DNA of 64,000 bases, from contig JAFGLW010000026.1 of NCBI GenBank assembly GCA_016927905.1, forward strand, positions 43,586 to 107,585, written 5' to 3'. Below are positions 9,475 to 18,612 of the stretch, in pieces. A program made the position numbers and the translations under genes. The stretch comes from a candidate division CSSED10-310 bacterium (GTDB lineage: Bacteria; CSSED10-310; JAFGJC01). Under the pieces are notes generated by a model, which was not told where the DNA came from, searched no databases, and worked only from the letters and a program-made list of their open reading frames with translations. How positions within the stretch are numbered: position 1 is the stretch's first letter; every line of letters starts with the position of its first letter.

Positions 9475-10114
9475 CCGGAAAAAAAGACTCCGGGATTCAC
9501 TGGGCGGGCGGATGGGCCCGCGTTCGTAGTCGAGATCAGAGATCAGCTTCAGTTTTCATCCCCGGAGTGTTGCAGAAATGGTTTCGATCGGGCATGTTTG
9601 AGCCGAAAAATCTAAAACAGCCGCACCCATAATATTCTAATGGAATTTTCAATCCTGGAAAACCTTTTTATTTTGTAACCGTCTGAAGCGGCACAGGCAT
9701 CCCGGGAGATGTCGGTCGATCTTTAAGATCGGAAGCATTGAAGGAGATTGAAATGAGCAGATTCGGAAGGATATTTGCCCCGGGTTTCGTCAGCCTGGCG
9801 GGATTCTGCGGGGGGTATCGGCGGATACCATTGCGCTGTGGTATTTCGACGGGGAGACAACGGTTCCCGTTTCAAGATCGAGCCGAGAGACAACAACGAT
9901 ATTTCAGCCACCCTTGGAACTCCGGCCGCCATTCCCACATCCATCGCGCCCATCCCCGCGACCGGGCCGGTCGGACTGGGTGTCCTGATTTTTGTTCTTT
10001 CCGGACTGATCGGATTCGGCACTTTGAAAAAAGCAAACTGATTCATCGCCTTTAAACCCTGAAATCCCGGAACCTGCCCGGGTCCCGGGATTTTCTTTCA
10101 ATGCTGCCGTTCAC

Positions 10115-10945
10115 TTGACCTTGCAGCCCGAACACAGCAAAATACAGGTTCCGCCAGCAGGGGAGCGCAATTTCTTGAAGGATCGTTCGAAACCAAATCG
10201 TGTGCGCGAACATTACAGCATTGAGGTTTACCGGGATTCCGGATTAGCGGAGCGGTTTGACCGAGAGAAATTCGGCACTCCGGTTGGAGCGGTTTTCAGG
10301 AAATACCAGGAAGGGGTCATCCGATCATTTCTGCCCTCGGTTGACGGGAGAAGAATCCTGGATCTGGGAGCGGGAACCGGGCGGATTTCACTGCCGCTGA
10401 GTGACCGGAAAGCCGTGGTTTTTGCTGCGGACGCCTCCGTTGCCATGCTGAAGGTGGCCCGTGAAAAGGCTTGGCTGCAGATGCGCCCGGTGCACTGTAT
10501 CTGTGCGGACGCACACCATCTGCCGTTTCCGGATGGATCATTCCATGCAGCCGTATCCCTCAGGATGCTGATGCATGTCCGGGACTGGGAACGGGCCGTG
10601 GCGGAAATCTGCCGGGTTTCAGGAAAATACCTGATCGTCGATTTTCCACCCAGATCCGGATTCGCCGGTTTCGCTCCCGTCGTTCATCCGGTCATCCGGC
10701 TGTTCCGATCCGGATACCAGCCTTACCGGATTTTTTCCATTCACCTGATAAAGCGGAAACTGGAATCGCTGGGATACCGGGTTATCGGAATCGACCGTCA
10801 CCTGGTCCTGCCTTTCGGATTGCACCGTCTGATCGGCTCGCCGGCTTTCACCTGCAAAACCGAAACACTGCTGCGCCGGCTCGGATTGACTGACATTCTG
10901 GGTGCTCCCGTAACCTTCCTGGCGGAAAAAAAGGGGGATGCATGA
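10115..10945 (+). CDS. class I SAM-dependent methyltransferase (start uncertain: TTG 10115 or GTG 10202)
   Basis: Motif I ILDLGAGTGRISLPL. Stop overlaps the next ATG (ATGA). Confidence 0.65.
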   Translation: MTLQPEHSKIQVPPAGERNFLKDRSKPNRVREHYSIEVYRDSGLAERFDREKFGTPVGAVFRKYQEGVIRSFLPSVDGRRILDLGAGTGRISLPLSDRKAVVFAADASVAMLKVAREKAWLQMRPVHCICADAHHLPFPDGSFHAAVSLRMLMHVRDWERAVAEICRVSGKYLIVDFPPRSGFAGFAPVVHPVIRLFRSGYQPYRIFSIHLIKRKLESLGYRVIGIDRHLVLPFGLHRLIGSPAFTCKTETLLRRLGLTDILGAPVTFLAEKKGDA

Positions 10946-12120
10946 AAATCCTGATGATCGCTCCCGAACCGGTTTTCAGCATCCGCGGCACGCCGTTCAG
11001 TGTCCGGGACCGGTGCCGGGCGCTGTCCGACCTGGGTCACACGGTGGATCTTCTGACCTATCCGTTCGGAGATGATATCCGGTTCGAGGGTTTGCGGATA
11101 CACCGGATCCGGCGGGTTCCGGGGATACGGGAAGTCAAGATCGGTTTCTCGCCCGCGAAAATACCCCTGGACGGCCTGCTTTTCGCCAAGGCATTTCTGG
11201 CGTTGCGCCGACAAAAATACGATCTAATCCATACTCATGAGGAAGCCGGGATGATCGGTGCCGTTCTGGGAAGATGGTTCCGGACGCCGCATCTTTACGA
11301 TATGCATTCCAGTCTGCCCCAGCAGTTCGACAATTACGGAACGAAATCTCCGGCATTCATGACGGTGTTCATGCGGTGGGCTGAAAGATATATTTTAAAG
11401 CGTTCCCGGGCGGTCATCGCCATCTGTCCGCACCTTAAGGCTATCGCCCTTAAGGCGTTTCCGGGTGCCGGAGTGGAAATCATTGAAAACCTGGCTCAGC
11501 TGCCGGACACCGATCCGTCTCCTGAGGAGATCCGGGGGATCCGTGAAGAATACCGGCTGGAAACTCATTTTACGATCGGGTATACCGGAACCTTCGAGAT
11601 CAACCAGGGGCTGGACCTGTTGATGGAAGCTTTCGGGGTGTTTTCCGGCGAGGTTGAGAATGCGGTTCTGCTGCTTGCCGGGGGCGAACCGGAACAGGTG
11701 GAGACGGCCGGCCAGCGTGCCCGGATCCTGGGCATTGCCGACAAAGTCAGGATTCCCGGGAAACTGCCCGCGGAGCGGATGGGCGCGGTCATGGCGGCGT
11801 GCGATGTCCTGGCATCCCCCCGGGCAACCGGGACCAATACGCCCTTGAAAATATACAGTTACATGCGGTCGGGTGTGCCGGTTCTGGCAACGAATCTTCT
11901 GACGCACACGCAGGTCCTGGACGCTGAAACAGCGGTGCTGACCGAGCCGTCAGTGCCGGGGTTGACGGATGGTTTGCGCAGGCTGTATCGCGATCCGGAT
12001 CTTGGGAAACGACTGGCTGCGGCCGCCCGGGTGCGTGCTGAGACCCGTTACAGTTATCCGGTGTACAAAGAAAAAGTCCGGCATGTGATCAATGCGGCGT
12101 GCGGTCTGCGGGAGGAGTGA
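10942..12120 (+). CDS. glycosyltransferase family 4 (GT-B)
   Basis: MKILMIAPEP..RGTPFSV.. N-terminal GT4 domain and a C-terminal Glyco_trans_1-like region. Confidence 0.8.
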   Translation: MKILMIAPEPVFSIRGTPFSVRDRCRALSDLGHTVDLLTYPFGDDIRFEGLRIHRIRRVPGIREVKIGFSPAKIPLDGLLFAKAFLALRRQKYDLIHTHEEAGMIGAVLGRWFRTPHLYDMHSSLPQQFDNYGTKSPAFMTVFMRWAERYILKRSRAVIAICPHLKAIALKAFPGAGVEIIENLAQLPDTDPSPEEIRGIREEYRLETHFTIGYTGTFEINQGLDLLMEAFGVFSGEVENAVLLLAGGEPEQVETAGQRARILGIADKVRIPGKLPAERMGAVMAACDVLASPRATGTNTPLKIYSYMRSGVPVLATNLLTHTQVLDAETAVLTEPSVPGLTDGLRRLYRDPDLGKRLAAAARVRAETRYSYPVYKEKVRHVINAACGLREE

Positions 12121-12122
12121 AC

Positions 12123-12923
12123 ATGGGAACACGAAACGAGGCCAAAACCGAACTCCAGTCAGCGCTGACCAGCGGGAAAATTTCCCCGTTGAAAAAATAC
12201 CAGATGATGGTTATCGGCCGGCCCGGTATATGGAAGTTGCTGAAATACGAAATGATCACGCTCATGTGCAACAGCTGCCCGGGTGCACCGGGATTTTTTC
12301 TAAGGAAGATACTTTATCCCCGGTTGTTTGCATCGGTGGGAAGGGGAACGGTTTTCGGGCGGAATATGACCATCCGTCATCCCCACAAGATCCAGATCGG
12401 GAACCGGTGTATTCTGGATGATCTGGTGGTTCTGGATGCGAAGGGTGAAAGCAACCGGGGGATCCGCATCGGTGATGATGTCATTATTGCACGGAATACT
12501 GTGATTTCCTGCAAGGAAGGGGATATCGATATCGGGGATAACAGCAATATCAGCATGAATTGCATGATTCATTCAGAAAAAGCGGTGCGGATCGGAGCCC
12601 GGAATCTGTGGGCCGCCTACTGTTATGTGGTGGGGGGCGGACGGCATGATTTCGACCGGATAGACCTGCCGATCATACAGCAGGGTTCCAGCGTCGAAGG
12701 GATTGAAATGGAGGAAGACATCTGGCTGGGCGCAGGCGTCAAGATACTGGACGGCTGCCGGATCGGAAGGGGAGCTGTCATTGGTGCGGGATCCGTTGTG
12801 AACCGGGATGTGGAAGCTTATAAAATTGCAGCCGGAATCCCCGCAAAAGCCATTCGGGATCGGAAATCGGCCGTTTCGGAGCAACCGGATACGGAAACGG
12901 ATTCATCTCGGAAAAATCCATGA
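12123..12923 (+). CDS. left-handed beta-helix (hexapeptide-repeat) acyl/acetyltransferase
   Basis: Repeated [LIV]G-x4 hexapeptides: IGNRCILDDLVVLDA.. IGDDVIIARNTVI.. IGDNSNISMNCMI.. IGARNL.. Confidence 0.8.
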   Translation: MGTRNEAKTELQSALTSGKISPLKKYQMMVIGRPGIWKLLKYEMITLMCNSCPGAPGFFLRKILYPRLFASVGRGTVFGRNMTIRHPHKIQIGNRCILDDLVVLDAKGESNRGIRIGDDVIIARNTVISCKEGDIDIGDNSNISMNCMIHSEKAVRIGARNLWAAYCYVVGGGRHDFDRIDLPIIQQGSSVEGIEMEEDIWLGAGVKILDGCRIGRGAVIGAGSVVNRDVEAYKIAAGIPAKAIRDRKSAVSEQPDTETDSSRKNP

Positions 12924-13933
12924 AAACAGGCTGTTCGATACTGTTCAAGATATTTCTCAGTGTTGTCATGATCGGGTATCTGTTCGGATATCAGGTGGAT
13001 ATCCGGGATGTTCCGGCGGCATTCCGGGATATCGATCCCCGGTGGCTGGCCCTGGGCGCTTCGCTGCACATTACGGGCCTGCTGCTGTCGTCCATCCGCT
13101 GGCGGTTCCTTCTCAAGGCTCAGGATATCGACCAGCCGTTGCACCGGTTGTTTTCGTACTACCTGGTCGGGCATTTTTTCAACATGTTTCTGCCCACCAA
13201 GGTCGGCGGTGATATCATCCGGATATATGATACCAGCCGCGATCACGGGTCCACTGCCCAGCCGATGGCGGTGATTCTCGTCGAGCGGATTTCGGGGATG
13301 CTGACCATGCTCCTGCTGGCGGCGCTTGTGCTGGCCCTGAACCTGGATATCGGCATCGATCTGCATTCCAGAATATCCGGACTGAATTACGGGATCGCCC
13401 TGTTCATAATGGCAATCGCTGTGATTCCCCTCATTTTCACCCCGTGGATGGAGCGCCTGCTCTTTTCGCATGTGTTTGCCTGGCCCGTCGTGAACCGGTT
13501 ATCGCGCCCGGTGGAGAAAATCTATAAAGCTTTCCAGGTGTACGGAGGCAGGCTGCAGTATCTCTGGGCAGCATTGATCACGGGACTGCTTCTCCAGGTG
13601 AATTATTTTTTCCATTACTATTTTCTGGCCAGAAGCCTGGGATTCGATACATCGCTTCTGTTTTTTTTCGTGATCATTCCGGTGCGGACCGTCGCGCTGA
13701 TGTTACCCTTTTTCATCAACGGAATCGGTCTGAGGGAATTTTTCGACGTGCACGCATTCAACCTGGTCGGCGTACCCAAACATGCGGCCGTGGCATTCGC
13801 TGAAACGGCATGGGGAATACAGATCGCCTTCGCGCTTCTGGGCGGGATCATCTACGTCTTTAGAAGGCGTCCCGGAAACCGGTCCGGCGGGATGGTTCCA
13901 GCTTCGGGCAAAGTGAAAGGTTCCGATGCCTGA
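12920..13933 (+). CDS. flippase-like / lysylphosphatidylglycerol-synthase-TM-region family (UPF0104) membrane protein
   Basis: LLSSIRWRFLL..LVGHFFNMFLPTKVGGDIIRIYD signature of the UPF0104/LPG_synthase_TM family. 8 TM. Confidence 0.7.
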   Translation: MKTGCSILFKIFLSVVMIGYLFGYQVDIRDVPAAFRDIDPRWLALGASLHITGLLLSSIRWRFLLKAQDIDQPLHRLFSYYLVGHFFNMFLPTKVGGDIIRIYDTSRDHGSTAQPMAVILVERISGMLTMLLLAALVLALNLDIGIDLHSRISGLNYGIALFIMAIAVIPLIFTPWMERLLFSHVFAWPVVNRLSRPVEKIYKAFQVYGGRLQYLWAALITGLLLQVNYFFHYYFLARSLGFDTSLLFFFVIIPVRTVALMLPFFINGIGLREFFDVHAFNLVGVPKHAAVAFAETAWGIQIAFALLGGIIYVFRRRPGNRSGGMVPASGKVKGSDA

Positions 13934-14933
13934 GGATCGAATCATGCACCGGGTTCTGATCACCGGAGCCACCGGGTTCATCGGCCGTCACCTGACCGTC
14001 CGGCTTGTGGAGACGGGTATCGCCGTTCATGCCCTGTTCCGGACACGGAAGCCGGACCGGTTTCCGGTGCAGGGGGAAATCCAATGGATCAAGGGCGATA
14101 TCCGGGACGGATCCGGTCTTGCGGATGCGGTCCGGGGAGTGGATACGGTTTTCAATACCGCAGCGGTGCTGGGTCCCCCGGGGCTGAAAGATCGGATTTA
14201 CCTGGCCACCAACCGGGACGGTGTACAAAATATCATATCCGCCTGCCGGTCGGCCGGGTCGGTGGAGCGGATGGTTCAGGTGTCCAGTGTCGGCGTGCTG
14301 GGGGCGTTGAAACCACGGGAGCGGGCCTGTGAGGGGACGCCGCCCCGTCCGCTGGATATTTACGAGAGATCCAAACTGGCCGGAGAAGAAATTGCGCTGG
14401 AAGCCGCCCGGGACGGATTCCCGGTGGTGATCGCCCGCCCGGCCTGGGTGTACGGCCCCGGCGATACCCGGACGTTGAAACTCTTTCGCCGGATCGCTCA
14501 CCGGCGGTTTTTTATATCAGGACCTGCCCAGAACAAACAGCATCCCGTCTGGATCTCCGACGTGGTCGACGGGCTGATCCGGTGTGCCGTCACGCCCGGC
14601 ATCGAAGGCCGCGTCTATCATCTTGCCGGACCGGAAGTCCTGACCGTTGAGACGCTCTGCCGAACCGTCGCAGAAGCCGCAGGCGTGAATCTTCGCAAAT
14701 TCCGCCCGCCTGTCTGGCTGGTGCTGCCGGCAGCCTACGCCGTCGAAAAGCTGTTTGCAGCCTGGAACGGCAATCCGCCGCTGGACCGGAGAAAACTCTG
14801 GTTTTTCACCATCCATCGTGCATATTCCATCGAACGGGCAAAGGAAGAACTCGGATGGGAACCGGAACTGAAATTCGCGGACGGTATCGCCCGGACTCTG
14901 AAATGGTACCGCGAACACGGTCAGATCCGGTGA
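13926..14933 (+). CDS. NAD-dependent epimerase/dehydratase (SDR extended family)
   Basis: VLITGATGFIGRHL Rossmann motif. 335 aa. Confidence 0.85.
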   Translation: MPEDRIMHRVLITGATGFIGRHLTVRLVETGIAVHALFRTRKPDRFPVQGEIQWIKGDIRDGSGLADAVRGVDTVFNTAAVLGPPGLKDRIYLATNRDGVQNIISACRSAGSVERMVQVSSVGVLGALKPRERACEGTPPRPLDIYERSKLAGEEIALEAARDGFPVVIARPAWVYGPGDTRTLKLFRRIAHRRFFISGPAQNKQHPVWISDVVDGLIRCAVTPGIEGRVYHLAGPEVLTVETLCRTVAEAAGVNLRKFRPPVWLVLPAAYAVEKLFAAWNGNPPLDRRKLWFFTIHRAYSIERAKEELGWEPELKFADGIARTLKWYREHGQIR

Positions 14934-14967
14934 TTTTGGATCGATACGGCAGGACAATACTTGATAA

Positions 14968-15002
14968 ATTATGGCAAGATTTGGTAGGTTTATATTGGGA
15001 AT
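14968..15002 (+). promoter_or_regulatory. AT-rich putative sigma70-like promoter upstream of the secreted peptidase gene (TTGATA-N18-TAGGTT)
   Basis: AT-rich 110-nt intergenic stretch in a GC-rich genome. Strong RBS AAGGAGAGTGGG before the ATG at 15043. Confidence 0.3.
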
Positions 15003-15042
15003 CGAATGATGCGAAATCATCTAAAGTCAAGGAGAGTGGGAA

Positions 15043-17256
15043 ATGAGTCGATGGTTCAAGGTTGCGTTCTTGGTTTTTATCGCGTGTCCGTGCCTGCTTT
15101 CGGCAGCGGATCCGGAGCGGGTGTTTAGGTGCGGAACGGCGGAGATTACGCTTGAGGTTCCGACGCAGGAGCAGTGGCGGGCGATCCGTGAGGTTCGGGA
15201 ACGGGACCGGTCCCTTCCGGAATACAATGTCGGCGACACCCGGATATTCTGGGTATGGGACCTGTCAGTCATGCCCCCGGTAGACATCCAGATCTCCGCA
15301 ACGTGCCGGGCCAAGGGTGACCGGGGCTATGTCTGGGTGTCGGACACCGAATGGGGAACGGCGGTAGACCAGACGGATGTGGACGGGGTGTTCACTGCCT
15401 GGGAAATCGCCACGCCGCCGGAGTCCATCGACCCGACCCGGGGAATCTGCCAGATCGCCGAAACGGTGTTCGGACCCGTGCCGGACGAACTGGACAACGA
15501 TCCCAGGGTATATGTTTTCTTTTACGATATCGGTTCGTACCACGGCTACACATTCGACGGATTCTGGAATGTGTACGACCAGATGACGGATGCGGAAGCC
15601 CAGATGTACGGCAGGCATTCAAATGAATGCGAGATCGTCTATCTGGACTGCAATCCGTCCGATCCGGACGACCCGTATATGTTGGGAGTGCTGGCGCATG
15701 AGTTTCAGCATCTGATCCACTGGGGTGCCGATGTGGATGAAGTCACCTGGGTCAACGAAGCCTGCTCCCAGCTTTCCTGGTTCGTCTGCGGGTTCGGCAC
15801 AGACGGCGCCGAAAATGCTTTTGCCAACAACCCGAACAACAACCTGGTTTCCTGGGATCAGACCAGCGGGGATTACGGCCAGGTGATGCTGTTTTCATTG
15901 TATCTGTATGAGCAGTTCGGCGGCGCCGGATCGATTCTGGAGATCGTGGCGAATCCGGGTAACGGGTTCAGTGGAATCGGGGCGGCCCTGACCGGTCTCG
16001 GGTACCCCTGGGATGCCGAACAGGTGTTCAACGAGTGGGTGGCAGCCAATTTCCTGGATGATCCATCCATCGACCGGGGTCAATACGGGTACGTGCTGTT
16101 CGATCCGCCGCCTTTCAAGATCCAGCAGACATTCACGGTTTTTCCAACGGGACTTCAGTCGGCTTCCGTAGATGAATGGGCGACACGGTATTACCGTTGC
16201 ACCGGCGGCCAGGTACAGTGGAACCTGGATGTGGATCCCGGGGCGGAACCGGTCAGTCCGTTCCTGGCGGCAACCGATTCGGGGGATGCCTTGCGGGTGA
16301 TTCCGCTGGACGCGACCGAAAATGTCATCCAGGCCCGGATCACCGCGACGGCCGATGCAACCGCGGATATCATCCTGGCCAATCACGATTCCGCGGCGGC
16401 GCCCGTGACCGTTCCGTTTGAGATGCGGGACGAAACCGCGGACGATGTAACGCCGCCGTTTGTCCGGGAAGCTTCACCGTGGGGCGTTTGCGGGCCGACG
16501 GCTTATGCGGAGTTCCGGATCCGTGACGAGACCGGAATCATAGACGCTGAAACACTGGCGCTGCTGGTGGACGGACAGCCGCCGTCGAATGAACCGGTGA
16601 TGGAACCGAAGCCGGACGGCGACCTGTTCGTGATGCTGAGTCTTTCGGAGGTTCCAATGGACCAGGTGGTCGACATCGAGGTGCGGGTCAGCGACACAGC
16701 CGGCAATGTCATGACGCCGTTTCACCTGGTTTTCATGATGACCGGGTCCCCGCAGCCGACCGCCACACCATCCGGACCGACCGCCACACCATCCGAACCG
16801 ACCGCCACACCATCCGAACCGACCGCCACACCATCCGAACCGACCGCCACACCATCCGAACCGACCGCCACGCCGGTCCCGCCGACTCCAACTCCCGGGT
16901 GCGACACACTGGGCGTGACGCTCTGGATGACGTCGGATTATTTCACTCCGGGCGATCCCTGTGCATGCACGGTGACCGCGTGCAATCCCGGATCGGAACA
17001 TTATCCGGATTTGCCGCTTTTTGTGATTCTGGACGTTTACGGGCTGTATTTCTTCGCGCCGTCGTTCGGGGAGTTCGACTACTTTGAGATCGACCTGGAT
17101 CCGGGCGATGTGGAAATCGGGGTTCTGCCGGAATTCGCCTGGCCGGAAGGCGCCGGCACAGCATCCGGCATTCTCTGGTACGCCGCCATGACCGACCCGG
17201 GGATCACGCAGCTCTTCGGGGAAATGGACACCTGGGAGTTTGGCTGGGGCAATTAG
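15043..17256 (+). CDS. secreted zinc metallopeptidase (gluzincin-like HEFQH..E) with Pro/Thr-rich linker and a conserved ~115-aa C-terminal domain
   Basis: Signal peptide MSRWFKVAFLVFIACPCLLSA. HEFQHLIHWGADVDEVTWVNE zinc site. (PTATPSE)n linker. The C-terminal domain is shared with the genes at 21536 and 60527. Confidence 0.8.
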   Translation: MSRWFKVAFLVFIACPCLLSAADPERVFRCGTAEITLEVPTQEQWRAIREVRERDRSLPEYNVGDTRIFWVWDLSVMPPVDIQISATCRAKGDRGYVWVSDTEWGTAVDQTDVDGVFTAWEIATPPESIDPTRGICQIAETVFGPVPDELDNDPRVYVFFYDIGSYHGYTFDGFWNVYDQMTDAEAQMYGRHSNECEIVYLDCNPSDPDDPYMLGVLAHEFQHLIHWGADVDEVTWVNEACSQLSWFVCGFGTDGAENAFANNPNNNLVSWDQTSGDYGQVMLFSLYLYEQFGGAGSILEIVANPGNGFSGIGAALTGLGYPWDAEQVFNEWVAANFLDDPSIDRGQYGYVLFDPPPFKIQQTFTVFPTGLQSASVDEWATRYYRCTGGQVQWNLDVDPGAEPVSPFLAATDSGDALRVIPLDATENVIQARITATADATADIILANHDSAAAPVTVPFEMRDETADDVTPPFVREASPWGVCGPTAYAEFRIRDETGIIDAETLALLVDGQPPSNEPVMEPKPDGDLFVMLSLSEVPMDQVVDIEVRVSDTAGNVMTPFHLVFMMTGSPQPTATPSGPTATPSEPTATPSEPTATPSEPTATPSEPTATPVPPTPTPGCDTLGVTLWMTSDYFTPGDPCACTVTACNPGSEHYPDLPLFVILDVYGLYFFAPSFGEFDYFEIDLDPGDVEIGVLPEFAWPEGAGTASGILWYAAMTDPGITQLFGEMDTWEFGWGN
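16756..16876 (+). repeat. tandem 21-bp coding repeat (ccgaccgccacaccatccgaa, ~5.7 copies) encoding (PTATPSE)n linker
   Basis: Direct inspection: five near-identical 21-nt units, in frame. Confidence 0.9.
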
Positions 17257-17362
17257 TGGGATATTGCGGTCATGCCTGCCTGGTTTGGAACGGTTTCGGA
17301 ATGCCAGGCACTCTGATGAAACACTCAGGGATTGAGTAAATTGCTGGCAAAGTCATGTTTTT

Positions 17363-17911
17363 TTGTTTCATGGGTCCATGGCTTTCCATCGTCCGATCGT
17401 TACCGAAATTCAAAAGGGATTCCGAGCGGCACTCAATCTGATTCATATCATGATCGGGCCCCGACAGGTCGGAAAGAACACCGCAGGCAGCGCCGTTCTG
17501 GATTCATGGAACGGCCCGATTCGATATGCAACTGCGGATATGCCGGTTCCCGGCGGTCCGGAGCGGATCGAAACACGTTGGCACCTGGTCCGGAAAGATA
17601 CTGGTGACAAACCTTCGCTATTAATTCTGGACGAGATTCAAAAGGTATCCGGCTGGGTGGAAACCGTCAAATACCTCTGGGATGAAGACCGCAGAAATCA
17701 TACTCCAATGCGAATCCTGCTCCTGGATTCCTCGGCCCTTCTTCTGACCAAGGGCACAACCGAGAGTCTCGCAGGCCGGTTCTATCTTCATCGATGCCTG
17801 CATTGGTCCTATCCCGAAATGCGTGATGCGTTCGTATGGAACCCGGATCAATGGATTTATTTCGGCGGTTATCCCGGCGCGGCGGATTTTATCCATAATG
17901 AATCGATGTGA
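17363..17911 (+). pseudogene. N-terminal fragment of an AAA-type ATPase (COG1373/DUF4143-family-like), truncated with a degenerate Walker A (GPRQVGKNT)
   Basis: 182 aa versus ~400 aa expected for the family. Ends without the C-terminal domain. Lies next to other decayed mobile-element genes. Confidence 0.45.
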
Positions 17912-17998
17912 AACGCCGGCGATCACCAATGCCACAGCGGAACGGGTGACGGGTTTTTCGGGGCGGTTATAATGCCGGTCATGCGGCGGTCCACTTCA

Positions 17999-18463
17999 CT
18001 ATGCCTTCTTCTTCCGATTCATCTCTTTTACCATCATCAAAATCCGGGCATCTTCCCGGTGTTTCGGTTTGTCGATGTTCTGTTTGATGGTGATCAGGCT
18101 GTCGATATCGATCCAATTGGCGGGACTTTCGCCGTACCTGCCCACGATCCTGCGTTGCCAGGCGATGTCAAATATCAACGGTTCGACTTCGAGTAGAAGA
18201 TCGATGCGGTTCGGAGCAATTCCCAGCTGTGTGATTTCAGTCCGCCGGGTGTGATCCAGTAAAAACAGGCTGCCAAACTCGGTCAAAGCATGATTCGCCC
18301 GGATCACGTTTTCTTCCTGCGGGTCGATCCACAAATCCATATCCTTCGTATACCGGGGTTTCGCATGATAGATAAATGCCAGACCGCCGATAATGAGATA
18401 ACGGACATCCTGTCGCGCAAACAGCATCAGTAAATCCTCGAAATCCCGGATCGTCTCCATCAT
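17999..18463 (-). CDS. minimal nucleotidyltransferase-fold protein (putative toxin/antitoxin-type NTase)
   Basis: VRYLIIGGLAFIYH..KDMDLWIDP resembles the hG[GS]/DxD core of small NTases. Its start overlaps the stop of the upstream small ORF (ATGA). Confidence 0.45.
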   Translation of the reverse strand: MMETIRDFEDLLMLFARQDVRYLIIGGLAFIYHAKPRYTKDMDLWIDPQEENVIRANHALTEFGSLFLLDHTRRTEITQLGIAPNRIDLLLEVEPLIFDIAWQRRIVGRYGESPANWIDIDSLITIKQNIDKPKHREDARILMMVKEMNRKKKA

Positions 18464-18612
18464 GAACCGGTATTCCCGGATTTCTGAACCTTTCGGATGT
18501 CTTCGTGGATATGGACCAGTGCCGATAACCGGTCTTCCGGCGACAAGGCCTGCCAGAACTCCAGATCCCAGCGTTCCGCATCGTCATGATGGGGAGCGCG
18601 ATGACCGGTCAT
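18460..18612 (-). CDS. small ORF (50 aa) partner of the NTase gene; putative cognate TA component
   Basis: ATG with an AGGAGGAGG RBS. MTGHRAPHHDDAERWDLEFWQALSPEDRLSALVHIHEDIRKVQ. Overlaps the downstream gene by 4 nt. Confidence 0.35.
   Translation of the reverse strand: MTGHRAPHHDDAERWDLEFWQALSPEDRLSALVHIHEDIRKVQKSGNTGS

Noticed and set aside
9255-9632. Track ORF 9255-9632 (+) and 8380-8880 (+)
   Set aside because: They overlap the radical SAM gene on the opposite strand and have no family signature.
16756-16876. Possible CRISPR-like array (regular 21-bp direct repeats)
   Set aside because: The repeats are contiguous with no spacers and lie in frame inside a CDS, encoding (PTATPSE)n. They are a coding tandem repeat, not CRISPR.
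17283-17313. Inverted repeat tgcctgg-N18-ccaggca after the peptidase gene (possible terminator)
   Set aside because: It has a 7-bp stem with a long loop and no T-tract. It is too weak to call an intrinsic terminator.
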